A DNA stretch of 64,000 bases from Yuukianura sp. NJ FZ-2021 (taxonomy: Eukaryota). The notes beneath the pieces were generated by a model that saw nothing but the letters and a program-made list of their open reading frames with translations, was not told where the DNA came from and searched no databases. Position 1 is the stretch's first letter, and each line of letters opens with the position of its first letter. This document shows positions 50,301 through 61,458 of this stretch, in pieces. The position numbers were made by a program, and so were the translations under genes. The DNA lies in assembly GCA_046563655.1 (NCBI GenBank), contig CM102288.1:5952001-6016000 (forward strand). The letters are read 5' to 3'.

Positions 50301-53300
50301 GGTGGCGGGAGTAACTATTCGGCAGAAAAAGTGACTGAATACAGAAGAAAAAAGGGTTATGGCGGGAGTAACTTTTCGGCAGAAATAGTTACTGTAAGCA
50401 CAAAAAAAGGATAGTGGAGGGAGTAACTATTTTTTAGAAAAAGTAACTGTAAGTGTAAAAAAAAATTGTAACTAACATATGTATGCGGGATTGAAAATTT
50501 GGCTGAAGGTAGAAGGAACTATTTGAAAAATAAAGGTTGCTAGTGGCGGGAGTAACTATTTTCCAGAACCAAAGACCCACGGCAGAAAAAGTGTTGTCGG
50601 AGGGAGTAACTATTCCACAGAAAAAGTGACTGTACGCGGAGTGAGAGTTTGGCTTTGGGTAGAACTATTCGGTGAAGAAAGATTGCTGGCGGCGGGAGTA
50701 ACTATTTGAGAAATGAAGAGAGTATGGCCAAGTGTCTCCTGATCCTCTAATGAAGCTGAGTAGGATTTGTGTGGAGTGAGTTCTGCCTAATCTTCCATGG
50801 AGAAAATGGAAACTGCCCGTGGCAGAGCAGGCACAAAAGACAAATAGGATTAAGACTTTCACCATGGAGAAAGTAGCCTTTGAGAGGGGATGAGTAGCCC
50901 TTAAGCTTCATTCTCCATTTTAAGTTAACATTAGGTTAGGTCTATCTTAACACATTGGAAAACTAAAAGTTTAGCATTGGAAAGTTAAAAGCTGAAACTA
51001 AAAGCTACTTTTACTGCCTCAGTAAAAGAGACTCTTCAAACAAAGTTGAAAGTGGGACTCTCGTAGATTAAATTCTTAGAGTTTCTAATTTGTAAGTTTC
51101 TTTTTGTTCTTTTTAGCTGTTTCTGTTTCGGTGAGTGCATGGACCTTGGTGGCCATTTCAGTTGAGAGATACTACGCCATTTGTCATCCTTTAACATCTC
51201 GTCGCTGGCAGACGTTGTCGCATGCGTATCGCATGATTTGTCTCGTCTGGATTCTCAGTGGAGTATCAATGCTGCCAATCGCTGGAATCAACACGCTTCA
51301 ACCAATCAGAAACACTGGTAAGATACATGATCACGCATTGGCAAGGTGTCTTGACAACAGAAAACTTTTTCCTTAACAGGTTAGGCAATAAGTCAATTTA
51401 AAAAAAAATTCATTGACCTTTGTAGACCAGAATAGAAAGTTGTTATAGTTGTATTGTTGTCATGCGCTGGTTATTTCTGAGTCACCGTTTCTTGAAGCGT
51501 GCAGGAGAAAGTTAATAGTGGGGCATTAGGCATGTGGATCCGCAGTTTCTTCTCTTCAAATGTGAATTTTATGACATTTGTCGCTAAGTGAATCACTGGA
51601 ATTGGACACAATCCAACATTCACACAGTAAGAAAAAGTTTAAATGTATTTAAAAGATGGAACGAGATTTGGACGACTTGTGAATAAAACCCTCAGGGGAA
51701 CTCTCATGGATGTGACAGTAGAATTTCAATTGAATTTCCATGATTTATCATTTCCCGCCACATTTCCTTTTTAAACAATTTCTCAACTTCCGACATATTG
51801 CGGATGCTGATGATCGAGAGAAAGGTGAAGCTACGTGAAAATTCAAATTACTATTTTGGATTCTCCATCACAACTTACGTATACCTCAATCTTATGGTTC
51901 ATCATTGCATCAACAGATTTTACATAAACAAAAAACATTGTCTGTGCTTACAAGGGAACATTCCCAACCTGTCATCGAGTTTTCAATTCAAAATTTACTT
52001 TTGGCTTATAGATTATGGGTGTATTCTTTAAATTCAAAAAGTTGACAACAGGCTGGAAACGTTCCCTTGTTAGGACTTATGTATTTCTTGTGTATGTATT
52101 TAGTGTTTATGTAAATTTTGCTTATGTAATTGATTATTTAATGACGCGGACACATACTCCTTCATTTATTATGATCCTACGCACTTTCAATTTCACTTTA
52201 TCAACAATTCCCAGTGGTTTGACCTTGGTTCCCCGGGGGGACTCTTTTGTTCCGAAATTTGAAGACTGCGGTGGGAACTTTGCCAAGGGAACAAAAGTTA
52301 CAGAAAAGGCGGCGGTTGACAAAGAACTTGGCTCTGTTCTCCCTCGTTACAAAATGTAAATGATACCCACTAGGATTGTGTTAAGTACAAAGAAAGTTAG
52401 GGTATGTTAAGGTTATGTTAGGATTTATGTCCAGGAAAGACGTAATTTAAAAGCTACTGCCAAACTTTAGTGCCCAGCATCCCAGTTTCTCAGACCATGA
52501 AAAACATGAATCTGGAGAAAGCACAAATTTTCCGCCGTTTTCGTTTTAATTTAAAAACAATTTGTGAAAGTTGAGAAAGGAGGAGTACCCCCCCCCCTTA
52601 GGAATGGAGGGGGAGGTGTAATTGGGCAAATTCAAATTCATATTTTGGCGGGGCGTGGCTAATGATTTGTGTTTCCAGGGAGACACAAGTGTCGTGAAGA
52701 GTGGCCGGATGACAAACTGGAGCGGGCGTACACCGTGTTCCTGGACGTGGTGCTGTTGGTATTGCCGCTTGGGATTATGTGTATCAACTACAGTCTCATC
52801 ACTAGAACGCTCTGGAGAGTTCCAGGAACTACGCCAACAAATTCCAATAGGGGTGAGTTTCGTTTTTTCAAATTTACAAAAAATTTACGATTTTTAAATT
52901 TATTGGATTTCCAAATATCGTTTTTTTTACTGTTTCCCAAATGTTAATTTCTAACGTTTATTACCGAAACGTTTTACGATTTTTGGAACGACTTTCGAAA
53001 TTCCGGTTTTTACTGTTTCTTACGAGAAATTTTTTTTTAGTTTGTAGCACATTGTAGAGAAGAGTTACAACCGTGTTCAAAACAGAAATTTGTAAAGTCG
53101 GCCAATTTTGAAGAAAATTGGGTGGTTGAATTATTTTTCTTTTGTTGAAAAGTTTTCATTTCCGCTTTTGAGATTTATTTGAAAGTAGTCGCCGATTTCC
53201 TTCGCCCGGAGAAAGTTTTAAGGGCTGGATGAGTACTTTCTCCCTCCGGTATGTTTAGAGGTTGTAAGGCCTCCTTAGCCTTGACTTTCTATTTACGACC

Positions 53301-56300
53301 ACTCCTCAACCAGTTACTCCAAATGTTCACAAGGTTTAGGTCTAAAAAGAGCGGGAGATTTCGGAGAAAGAAAAAAAGAGCGGGAGAATTTGAAATGCCG
53401 TTGAGCATTTACTAGGAGTGTGTTCACACAACAGGATAGTTTTATTGCACCCTCCACTTCACAGAAAATGTTCCACATAAATCCTCCCTCTGCTCCCATT
53501 CTCGCGCTCCCGAATTTACACTCGCCCGCTCCACGACGTCAATGAATCTCCCCGTTCAGGAAAAATTTCAAAAACTCCTGCTGCTTTTTCCAAACGTGAA
53601 TGTCAAATCCTGTTGTTCCTGGAAATTCAAAATCAGTTGAGGTCATGCTGTTCCAGAAAAATAAAAATGTTGTGGTTTTTATTCAACCCCGGTGCGTCAA
53701 AACAGAAACCCAAAGGTCTTTGACTTTTGATCAAAAGTTTTGACTATGACTTTTGACCAGTACTTTTGACCATGCGTTTTGACCATGACTTTTGACCATG
53801 TTCTTTGTCCATGGCTTTTGGCGATGACTTTTGACCGTGTTCTTTGTCCATGGCTTTTGACCTTGGATTGAGCTGAGTTCTGCTGATCTTAGACCTAGTG
53901 TTTGTTTAATTGACAGGAGGTTTTTGTTGGGGTTTGGGCTTGAGGTGATCTTTGGAGAAAGTTGGCGGGAAGAAATGGATTTTGGTTTTGAGTGACGTTG
54001 GCAGTTGATCTCCGCTCCAATTTCCTGCCCTTTCTCTTCTCAAGAAATCAAACTCTCAGTGGATTCCCGTCCTTACAAAACCTTCACCAAAACCACACTC
54101 GCCTGTCACACTTCGTCGCTCACCAACTTTCACCACTCCTCTTATCCTCTTATTTTTAAAATCCACTCAAAACTAAAATTTTCCAGTTTTTCCATAAATC
54201 CTTCTAAAACTTCTACTTTTGTTAAAATCTAGAAAATAAGTTAAAGCTGAGATAAAAAGTTGGAGAAAGTCGAAACACGCTTCAATAAATCCACGTGCCA
54301 AGCTAAGCCGAGTTTGAAGTTTTTGAAAGTTTGATTTTTATTTTCAAATTTTTGTTTCAAAACTAATTATCACTTGTAGTTTCTTCCCAAAACGTAACAA
54401 CGTTACGTCCAAAAATTAGTTTAGACCTACTTTTCATTTTAGTAAATATTGAGTTACGTCCCCGTTGACCTTCCAAAAAGTTATCAAAATGAAAAAGTCA
54501 TTTCCTAAAATTTTCCAGCGCTTTCTGTTTTCTTTGAAAACAGTTTTTGATGAGATTTCCGAAAACCGACTTCGTTGCAGAAAGTTTTCTCTTGTCGTTC
54601 GGACAATAACAAATTTACGACCTCATTCCGCATCAAAACGTGGTTCCAGGTCATAAGGGCTAAACCAAAAAGGGCTACTCCAATAAGGGCTACTCAATAA
54701 GGGCTAAAAAAAATAAGGGCTACTCCAATAAAGGCTACTCCAATAAGGGCTACTGTCAATAAGGGCTACTGTCAATAAAGGCTACTTTTAATAAGGGCTA
54801 CTTTTAATAAGGGCTAGTTTAAATAACCGCTAATTCAATTACCTGCTGAATTAACTTCCAGTGTTATCTTCCCGCATTTTATACCTAATCGCTGTAGAAA
54901 ATATATCAAATTAAAAATCAAGACTTCTTCGTAATTTGCATCAGGCCTCGTTGATGCCCGGGGTTAGGTTAGGCTTTCATTTTAAAAACTAATCACTACT
55001 GTAAATTAAATAACCTAACGCCGCGCCTTCGGCGCGGGAAAATAAGTAAATACGCTTTAATTAAGTAGCCCTTATTAAAAGTAGCCCTTATTGACAGTAG
55101 CCCTTATTGACAGTAGCCCTTATTGGAGTAGCCTTTATTGGAGTAGCCCTTATTTTTTTTAGCCCTTATTGAGTAGCCCTTATTGGAGTAGCCCTTTTTG
55201 GTTTAGCCCTTATGACCTGCTACGATCAAAACGTTTACTCAAAAAAGTTCAATGTCGCTACTACGTCAATTTAATTACATTAGCCACTATTAAGTAAGTT
55301 GCACAAGTTATAGTTGCAGTCACATTTATTACATACACACCAAGGTTTGCTGACTTTGATTTTCTTTGACAGGTTGGGCAATACCTCATGTTTTTCCGAG
55401 TTCACAAGAAAAAGTGTCTTTTGATTTCAAGGCATCGTAGAGTCATAACAATGACAATACAGCCAAACTTTTTAAATTTTGCATACGAAAAGGTATCAAT
55501 TTTTTTTGGATTGGTAGCAATTGGTAGTCATTTTTTGTTTATCTTTCATTTTTTTATGTCACAACGAGGTAATACTCAACCTGTTAAAGAAAATTAACTG
55601 TTCGTTGTCAAGGAACCTTGCAGCTACATAACTTGCATAAAAGACTAATTTAACGTGATATGTAACTTTGTGCTATTTGTACTAACTACTACCAAAATTT
55701 GAGAAAAACGAGGAATTCTATTTTTAGAACTAAAAATTTCTCCTCCCACGCAATGTGTGGGAGAAAGTTCAAAATCCACTCTTTTCTCTTTTCCCAAATG
55801 AATTTGAAATTTCCCGCCTCGTTTTCGTCTCGCTTTTTCAAATTTCATGGAGACTGTAAGTGGAAAGGCTTCATCAAACCTGTTCCCTCCATAAATCATT
55901 TGAATCTTCCCGCCTTTTGGAATCCCTGGAATTAAACCACATTTCTCAAGTGTCTCGCCCTATCAATCCCATCTTAATTGCCAATCAGGCAGAATCTGAG
56001 CACACAAATTTTAAATTGCGAAATTTACAAAACGTCACGACCCGCCAATTTTCAAATTTGTTTTAACGATTTTCTAAATTTAAAACCCAACTCACGATTC
56101 TCTCCAATCAGCATTTTACACTCAACATTTCTGCGTTCTGCTGGAGATTATTGAATGTAAATTAGTTTAAACTTCAAAAAAAAAATGGCGGGTTTACAAC
56201 TTCAAAAAAATTGTGGGTTTACAAATTCAAAAAAACAAGTTTCGAAATGAATGAAATCTTTTTCGGCGGGAAATTCAATTTGAATTTGACACCATCTTAT

Positions 56301-57602
56301 CGCGGCGAGAAAGTGAAAGTAAATAGACAACGACCTGTATGGAGGTGAAAATAAATTGAGGAAAACACATGACGAGAGATTTACATAAAGACTTTTCCGG
56401 GAAATTTTGAACTTTTAGAAACACATAGTTACTCTTCTTTTCTCAAGTTGAACAAAGATTTAAAAAAAAAGGTTTTTAAAGTTATTTTTTAAAGAAACTC
56501 TTTTAGGCTCCAATTTCCTCTTGACTTTCTCTTTTCAATGTTTGCTCTGAAACGGAGTTTCAAAAGAGTTTCAACAAAACACAAACAAAGGAAGGCTTTG
56601 CCTCGTCTTTTCAAAAATTGTGTTTCCTTTGATCATGAATTCAAAGCAAGTTTAAATACATGAAAAGAAAGAGGCAATATTGAGTTTCAAAAATATTCAA
56701 GCCATTTGATACATGATCTTCAAAAAACTTTTTTTTTTTTTATTTTTCAGTTTCTGAATTTTCTATTTCAGAGAATTTCAGAATTCAGAATTTTCAAAGA
56801 CTGAAAAGTACTCGGGTATATTTTCTCAACGGTTTAAAAATTTGGTAAAAAATTCTGAAACTTTGAATTAAATTTTTAAATTGTGTGAATTTTTGATGTT
56901 TTTCTTGCAGAACGGACGTGCATATCTTCAGTGAGCAAAGGAGATTCGAATTCTCCCGCGTCGCCGCCAATTTCGACCAATCCGAAGATCACAATCACAC
57001 ATTCCAATGGAGAAGGTGCTATGAAGGCTCTCGTCACGTTTAAAACGTCGTTTCGACGTCATCGTCATGACAACAGTCACCTCGTCGTGGAACCAAAGAA
57101 ACGCAGCAGTGGAGAAAGTAGGCACAGTCGTGGCAGTGCCCATGCGCGGAACGGTCGCAGTTCTTACCCCGTTCCAACTACGACCGCTGCCAATCTTTGT
57201 CCGCCGACTGCTGGACTGCGGCGGTGCACCGTGGGGAAATCACTCCGCAGGAAGAAGCACGTGATTCAGATGCTGAGTGTTGTGGTGGCTGAGTTCTTCG
57301 TGTGCTGGACTCCCCTGTACGTGATGAATACTTGGTATCTGTTCAGCCCAAGTCAACTCTACAATTTGATTGGTCCATTGGGCGTGTCGCTCATTCAATT
57401 GATAGCGTATCTCTCGAGTTGCGTCAATCCAATCACGTACTGCTTCATGAACAGGGGATTCCGCATGGCCTTCTTCCACGCTTTCGGCTGTCGTACTTCC
57501 AACACACTCTCCAGGAACTTCTCTACGTCACAGCAACGCAACAACGAGAGTTTGCGTTTGACCCAAAATAGAAACGTCTGCAAAACGTCAGACGATGTCT
57601 GA
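38374..57602 (+). CDS. CCKLR: Sulfakinin / cholecystokinin-like receptor (class A GPCR)
   Basis: Exons 38374-38821, 51117-51317, 52679-52852 and 56911-57602 are in phase. GNVLV, MRTITNLFLLNLAIADL, CKLIPYLQAVSVSVSAWTLVAISVERYYAICHPLTSRRWQTLSHAY, EFFVCWTP and SSCVNPITYCFMNRGFR are CCK/SK receptor hallmarks. Confidence 0.92.
38860..39250. repeat. Degenerate ACAGAAAATCG repeat field at the start of GPCR intron 1
   Basis: More than 10 imperfect copies in both orientations. Confidence 0.7.
46220..46443. mobile_element. CAAGG-family MITE with perfect 8-bp TSD
   Basis: TSD GTATTGAC at 46212-46219 and 46444-46451; ends CAAGGTTC..GAACCTTA. Confidence 0.85.
47893..48177. mobile_element. Decayed foldback MITE (about 130-bp inverted arms)
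   Basis: TAATTTGGTCAAAAAAAATTTGGTCAAAAGTGAAAA.. is mirrored by ..TTTTCACTTTTGGCCAATTTTTTTTTGACCAAATTA. No clean TSD. Confidence 0.75.
50160..50715. repeat. Minisatellite-like array of GGCGGGAGTAACTAT(TCGGCAGAAAAA) units
   Basis: About 12 copies at 36-60 bp spacing, three near-identical at 50232-50335; inside GPCR intron 1. Confidence 0.85.
51342..51395. mobile_element. CAAGG-family MITE end fragment
   Basis: CAAGGTGTCTTGACAAC..TTAACAGGTTAGGCAATAAGTC. A similar fragment lies at 19480-19530. Confidence 0.7.
53718..53865. repeat. ~13-bp tandem repeat (CTTTTGACCATG)
   Basis: About 11 imperfect copies. Confidence 0.85.
54642..55224. mobile_element. 583-bp Foldback/Mutator-like element with minisatellite arms, recent insertion
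   Basis: Near-perfect ~150-bp inverted arms of AATAAGGGCTACT units; exact 10-bp TSD ATCAAAACGT (54632-54641, 55225-55234); asymmetric tips GGTTC / CGTAG before CAGGTCAT. Confidence 0.92.
55341..55620. mobile_element. CAAGG-family MITE
   Basis: CAAGGTTTG..GGAACCTTG; reverse-complement homolog of 12579-12807. Confidence 0.85.
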
Positions 57603-57905
57603 ACTATTAAAAACGTCTAGAAAACGTCAGATGTCTGAACTTTTCAAAACATCAAAAACACGTTAAAGACGGAATGTCTCCGAAACGTCACACGACCACT
57701 GATGTTTTCAATACGTCAGAAAAACGTCAGCCGACGCCTCACCTGTTCAAAACGTCAGCTGAAGTTTGAGGATGATAAAACGTCAGAAATACGTCTGACG
57801 ACTTTTGAACTTTTAAAAACGTCAGTAAATCGTCAGGCGACATACGAATTTCAAAACGTCAGATGACGTTTGAACGGAGAGGGGAAACGTCAGACAATGT
57901 CTGAA
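57570..57905. repeat. AAAACGTCAG/GTCTGAAC repeat field spanning the GPCR stop codon and 3' UTR
   Basis: About 14 AACGTC-type units. Confidence 0.75.
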
Positions 57906-58336
57906 CCTTTGTCGAAAGTCACACCATACATGGATCAAAAAATTTATTGTTTGTTGGAGAAAATGAAAAGTGTTGAAATTGTGTCTGCTATTATAGTATA
58001 CTACATAATACAATATTAATTATTATTATTTGTGGATCAATAAAATTTTTACAGTAAAATTAATGAGTCAACGCTCTCATCTAAGAGTACAGTAATTGCA
58101 TTGCATAGAATGACTAACTTTTTGGTCATCTATAGTCAGAACCTTCTTGCGATTAAAAAAAGCAAAGCTTCTTTTTAGCAAAAAAGATGAGAAGTAATGA
58201 AATTTTTGTGCAAAATGACAACAAATGTGGGTTCCATGCTTTCTAGTGCTTGATCTTCTCAATTTTTGACCTTTTCAATTTTTTCTAAATTTTTTTGAGA
58301 GCAAGTTGTAGTAACCTTAACCTAACCTACATTAGC

Positions 58337-60727
58337 TTAATTTACGTCATTTAATTGCAAGCTATGTGGTTGTGGTTGCAACATGAAAACTTTCGTTGTT
58401 CTTAGTTTGAAGCTGGGGACGGCCATTTGAAACCTGTGGAATACATGTTTAATTTTCACTACTATGTATGGATAACTAAGTGATTTCACTTCATAAGCAA
58501 ATACTAAACTACATAAAACCAAACAAACACCAATCAAGCAGAAACACGTAATGATGTTCCCAGTTAAATTCAGTTTTTTGGGTTTAGGTTTTACAGATTT
58601 CGTTTTTTTATGCTCGTTCATAATGTTGTCTCTTTTAGTCGGTCTGCTTATAGGAATCCACTTTTCCCATAAATGGTAAATACCAGAGGACACAAGTTGT
58701 TGCATTCTTCTGTACTCATGATTGTACTTAACATTGTAACCTAAAGCAAATGTTACAAGTGGTTCAGTTCCTTTGCGGAAATGGACCGTCTTAACAGAAT
58801 CAAACTGCTTCTTCTCCACTTTGTTTTCGTAGTGTGCTAAATACAAATTCAAATTCGACTCGGTTGCTACCATACCAGTTTTTGAACAAAATAAAAGCAT
58901 TTCAGAAAGCCTGGTGAGTAAAACATTGAGGTCGGGAAATGTTTCAAACCAGATCAATGGACCAATAGCACCAAAAATAAAGTTGTTGGGAAATTTTTGC
59001 GCTAAATTCCCCGGATTCGTAGAGCTCCTCTTTTTCATTTGTGGATCCCCGTGATAGTAGTTAGTAAATTCGGCCTGACAATACCTCTTTGCCCGCGGTG
59101 GAATAGGTAGACATTGAAGACGAGGCGATTTCGTGAAGTATGCCAATGTTTTTACAGCTTTATTTCCAGACATGTGTGCTTCGAGATCATCAAAGGAAGG
59201 CATTTGGTCATTGCTACTTTGTTTACACTCACAAAAATAAAGTAAGTAGAGTTCCTGCGCAGGCAATGGATGAGATACGTAGCCGTGGCGTGCAGAACCG
59301 ATTTTTCTGATGCGAAACTGCGCATCACCATCGCCAAGTACCACAAAGTCCTCTAGCTGATTGAACTTGTGGTACATTTGTCCAATCGGTATTGCAGCAG
59401 TCAAGTACGACACAACTACTCCCTTGTATCCATTGGTTAGGATAACACTCATCATGAACCACAAACTAATCACAAAAATTCTAACATTTCGAGCTACTTT
59501 TTGCTGCGGATCAGAAGAAATTTCAAAAAGACTTCCGAAATATACCAGAAAAAAATCCAGGCAAATTGAACCAAATTTTTTAAACTGAAAAGTTATGTGT
59601 GCCTGGGCATGGATTACCCAAGTAGCAAATAGGGTGAGTAAAACTCCCGTTGTACATAGTGTACTCCAAGAGTACACATCATACGGTTTGGTGTAAATTT
59701 CAAAACTGAGCATTTCAATTATACCATCACAGGTCAGGAAAGTTATGCTTTCCATTTTAATCAGAACAGAACGTTTAACGACATCAGACGGGGGATCCAG
59801 ACGAATGAAGTAAGCCGAAGGGACAAGAGTATTCTTATCCCAAGCTTCGAATTGATCTTCAACTGTGTCGAAATCTTCTAATTTCTCTGGCATAGGAATT
59901 ACCTTGTATCGTAAATGTAAGCGAGTGTATTGATCAAGAGTTAGTGTACTTGCTAAACGTCCATACGCTTTGAAAGGATTTAACATTTTGGTGATGTAAA
60001 GTTCTAGCTGATCAGACGAATTTCGTCTCGAATCGTAATGCAATATTGCTCCGGATACGATTCTGGGAATCATCTGTTGAAAGCTTCCTAGCGACATTGT
60101 TCCAGTAACGTTGTATAAATATTTGGAATATTCCAAATGAAGCTCGGAAATGACAAATTCCAAATTCTCACTATGTTGTGTGTTGGAATTACATGGAATA
60201 AGGTTGTAGAGAAACAGAAGTCCATTGTCCAAAAGTTTGTTTCTCAGAATATTCCTACTATTGTCGACAACGCTCAAATTGTTGGTGATTACATGAAACG
60301 CAAAGTCATAATGTTTCTCTTCATACTCGTAGTATTTGAATTCGTAGCTTGAATTGAAACAAGACTTGAGCCTGGATGAACCGCGATATTTCTGCTTTTC
60401 ATAAATACTTTTGGGAAATAAGAGAAAAGTATTGAAGTAGTTTAGTTTTGTGCCGCTAACATGCCAGTTGTTTATACGATTCGATAAGCCCAAAACACCT
60501 TCACAATTTCCATCTCGATTGTGCATGTAGTACAACTTCACAGGAGCGGCAAAACCGGAAGTAATTTCAGGTTGATGAATATTCTCGGCAATTATGAAGT
60601 TGTCACTGTGCTGAAACAGGTTTACCATTTCATGCAGGTTCAAAACATAGAACGTAGGTACTTGAGCACTTGCTGATACAGACGAAATATAATTTATACA
60701 TAAAAACAAAAGCACAAAAGTGAACAT
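58337..60727 (-). CDS. Divergent ionotropic receptor (IR/iGluR-derived chemoreceptor), paralog 1, intronless
   Basis: 796-aa ORF: signal peptide, FLTC..LSFEIYTKPYD...W (pre-M1), M3 WFMMSVILTNGYKGVVVSYLT, S2 LVSSGIYHLW, M4 LNL..NI..CF...LVF.YE. Confidence 0.8.
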   Translation of the reverse strand: MFTFVLLFLCINYISSVSASAQVPTFYVLNLHEMVNLFQHSDNFIIAENIHQPEITSGFAAPVKLYYMHNRDGNCEGVLGLSNRINNWHVSGTKLNYFNTFLLFPKSIYEKQKYRGSSRLKSCFNSSYEFKYYEYEEKHYDFAFHVITNNLSVVDNSRNILRNKLLDNGLLFLYNLIPCNSNTQHSENLEFVISELHLEYSKYLYNVTGTMSLGSFQQMIPRIVSGAILHYDSRRNSSDQLELYITKMLNPFKAYGRLASTLTLDQYTRLHLRYKVIPMPEKLEDFDTVEDQFEAWDKNTLVPSAYFIRLDPPSDVVKRSVLIKMESITFLTCDGIIEMLSFEIYTKPYDVYSWSTLCTTGVLLTLFATWVIHAQAHITFQFKKFGSICLDFFLVYFGSLFEISSDPQQKVARNVRIFVISLWFMMSVILTNGYKGVVVSYLTAAIPIGQMYHKFNQLEDFVVLGDGDAQFRIRKIGSARHGYVSHPLPAQELYLLYFCECKQSSNDQMPSFDDLEAHMSGNKAVKTLAYFTKSPRLQCLPIPPRAKRYCQAEFTNYYHGDPQMKKRSSTNPGNLAQKFPNNFIFGAIGPLIWFETFPDLNVLLTRLSEMLLFCSKTGMVATESNLNLYLAHYENKVEKKQFDSVKTVHFRKGTEPLVTFALGYNVKYNHEYRRMQQLVSSGIYHLWEKWIPISRPTKRDNIMNEHKKTKSVKPKPKKLNLTGNIITCFCLIGVCLVLCSLVFAYEVKSLSYPYIVVKIKHVFHRFQMAVPSFKLRTTKVFMLQPQPHSLQLNDVN

Positions 60728-61458
60728 GTTTTCAAGAATAGGAGGTCAGAGTTTTGTACTTAATAAAAACTAGTATTTGTAAAACAGTACAAGCCTGTAT
60801 AGCTTTGGAAACCAAATGAGCTGCACTTGCAAAAAAATCAGCGATTATTTCAAAAAAAAAATTAATTTTTTTAATGTATTTGCATTGCATGGAATAAATA
60901 AGAAACTGTTTGGTCAAGTAGTCCGGACTGGCATGTCGCTAATTAATTTTAAAGATGGTTTACAATCATGTCGAAAACTTTTGTTCTACATGCGATCATG
61001 ACTTCATTTATTAATCACATATTTCAAAAGTGGGAGGGGCAACGCTTTTGAGAAAAAAAAACGAAAATGACCGACATTTTTGTGCATATCGCTTATGTCA
61101 ATGTGCAAAATTTCAAACGTCTGAACTTTTAGAAAATGTCGTAGCTTAAAGGCTGCAAAAAATTTGTAGTTTGATAGATAGAGTCGAAAGTGTCGAAATT
61201 GTGTCTACTCTCATCTTAATCCAATATATAATTTTTTGTGAATGATCAAAAGTAGGTATATTAAACTTAACAAGTCAATGCCCTCAGTTAGGATAGCCTA
61301 AATTAACTTATGTCCGGGAATATACGGTGGAGTTGAAGTCGAAGTTATCCCTCCCAGCTCTATAGCAGGCTGAGGCTGTATTTTGTGCTGTCTCAATTTT
61401 GAGGTTGTTATTTTGTGCAGTACATAACGTTGTCAAGGGGAATTTCGATTTTGTTCTT

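Noticed and set aside
50160..50715. CRISPR-like repeat-spacer array
   Set aside because: Eukaryotic intron, no cas genes, non-palindromic degenerate repeats, and spacers that are mutually similar and irregular in length.
39000..51000. Many 60-90 aa ORFs in GPCR intron 1 as nested genes
   Set aside because: F/K/L-rich, mostly non-ATG starts, no splice chaining or recognisable domains.
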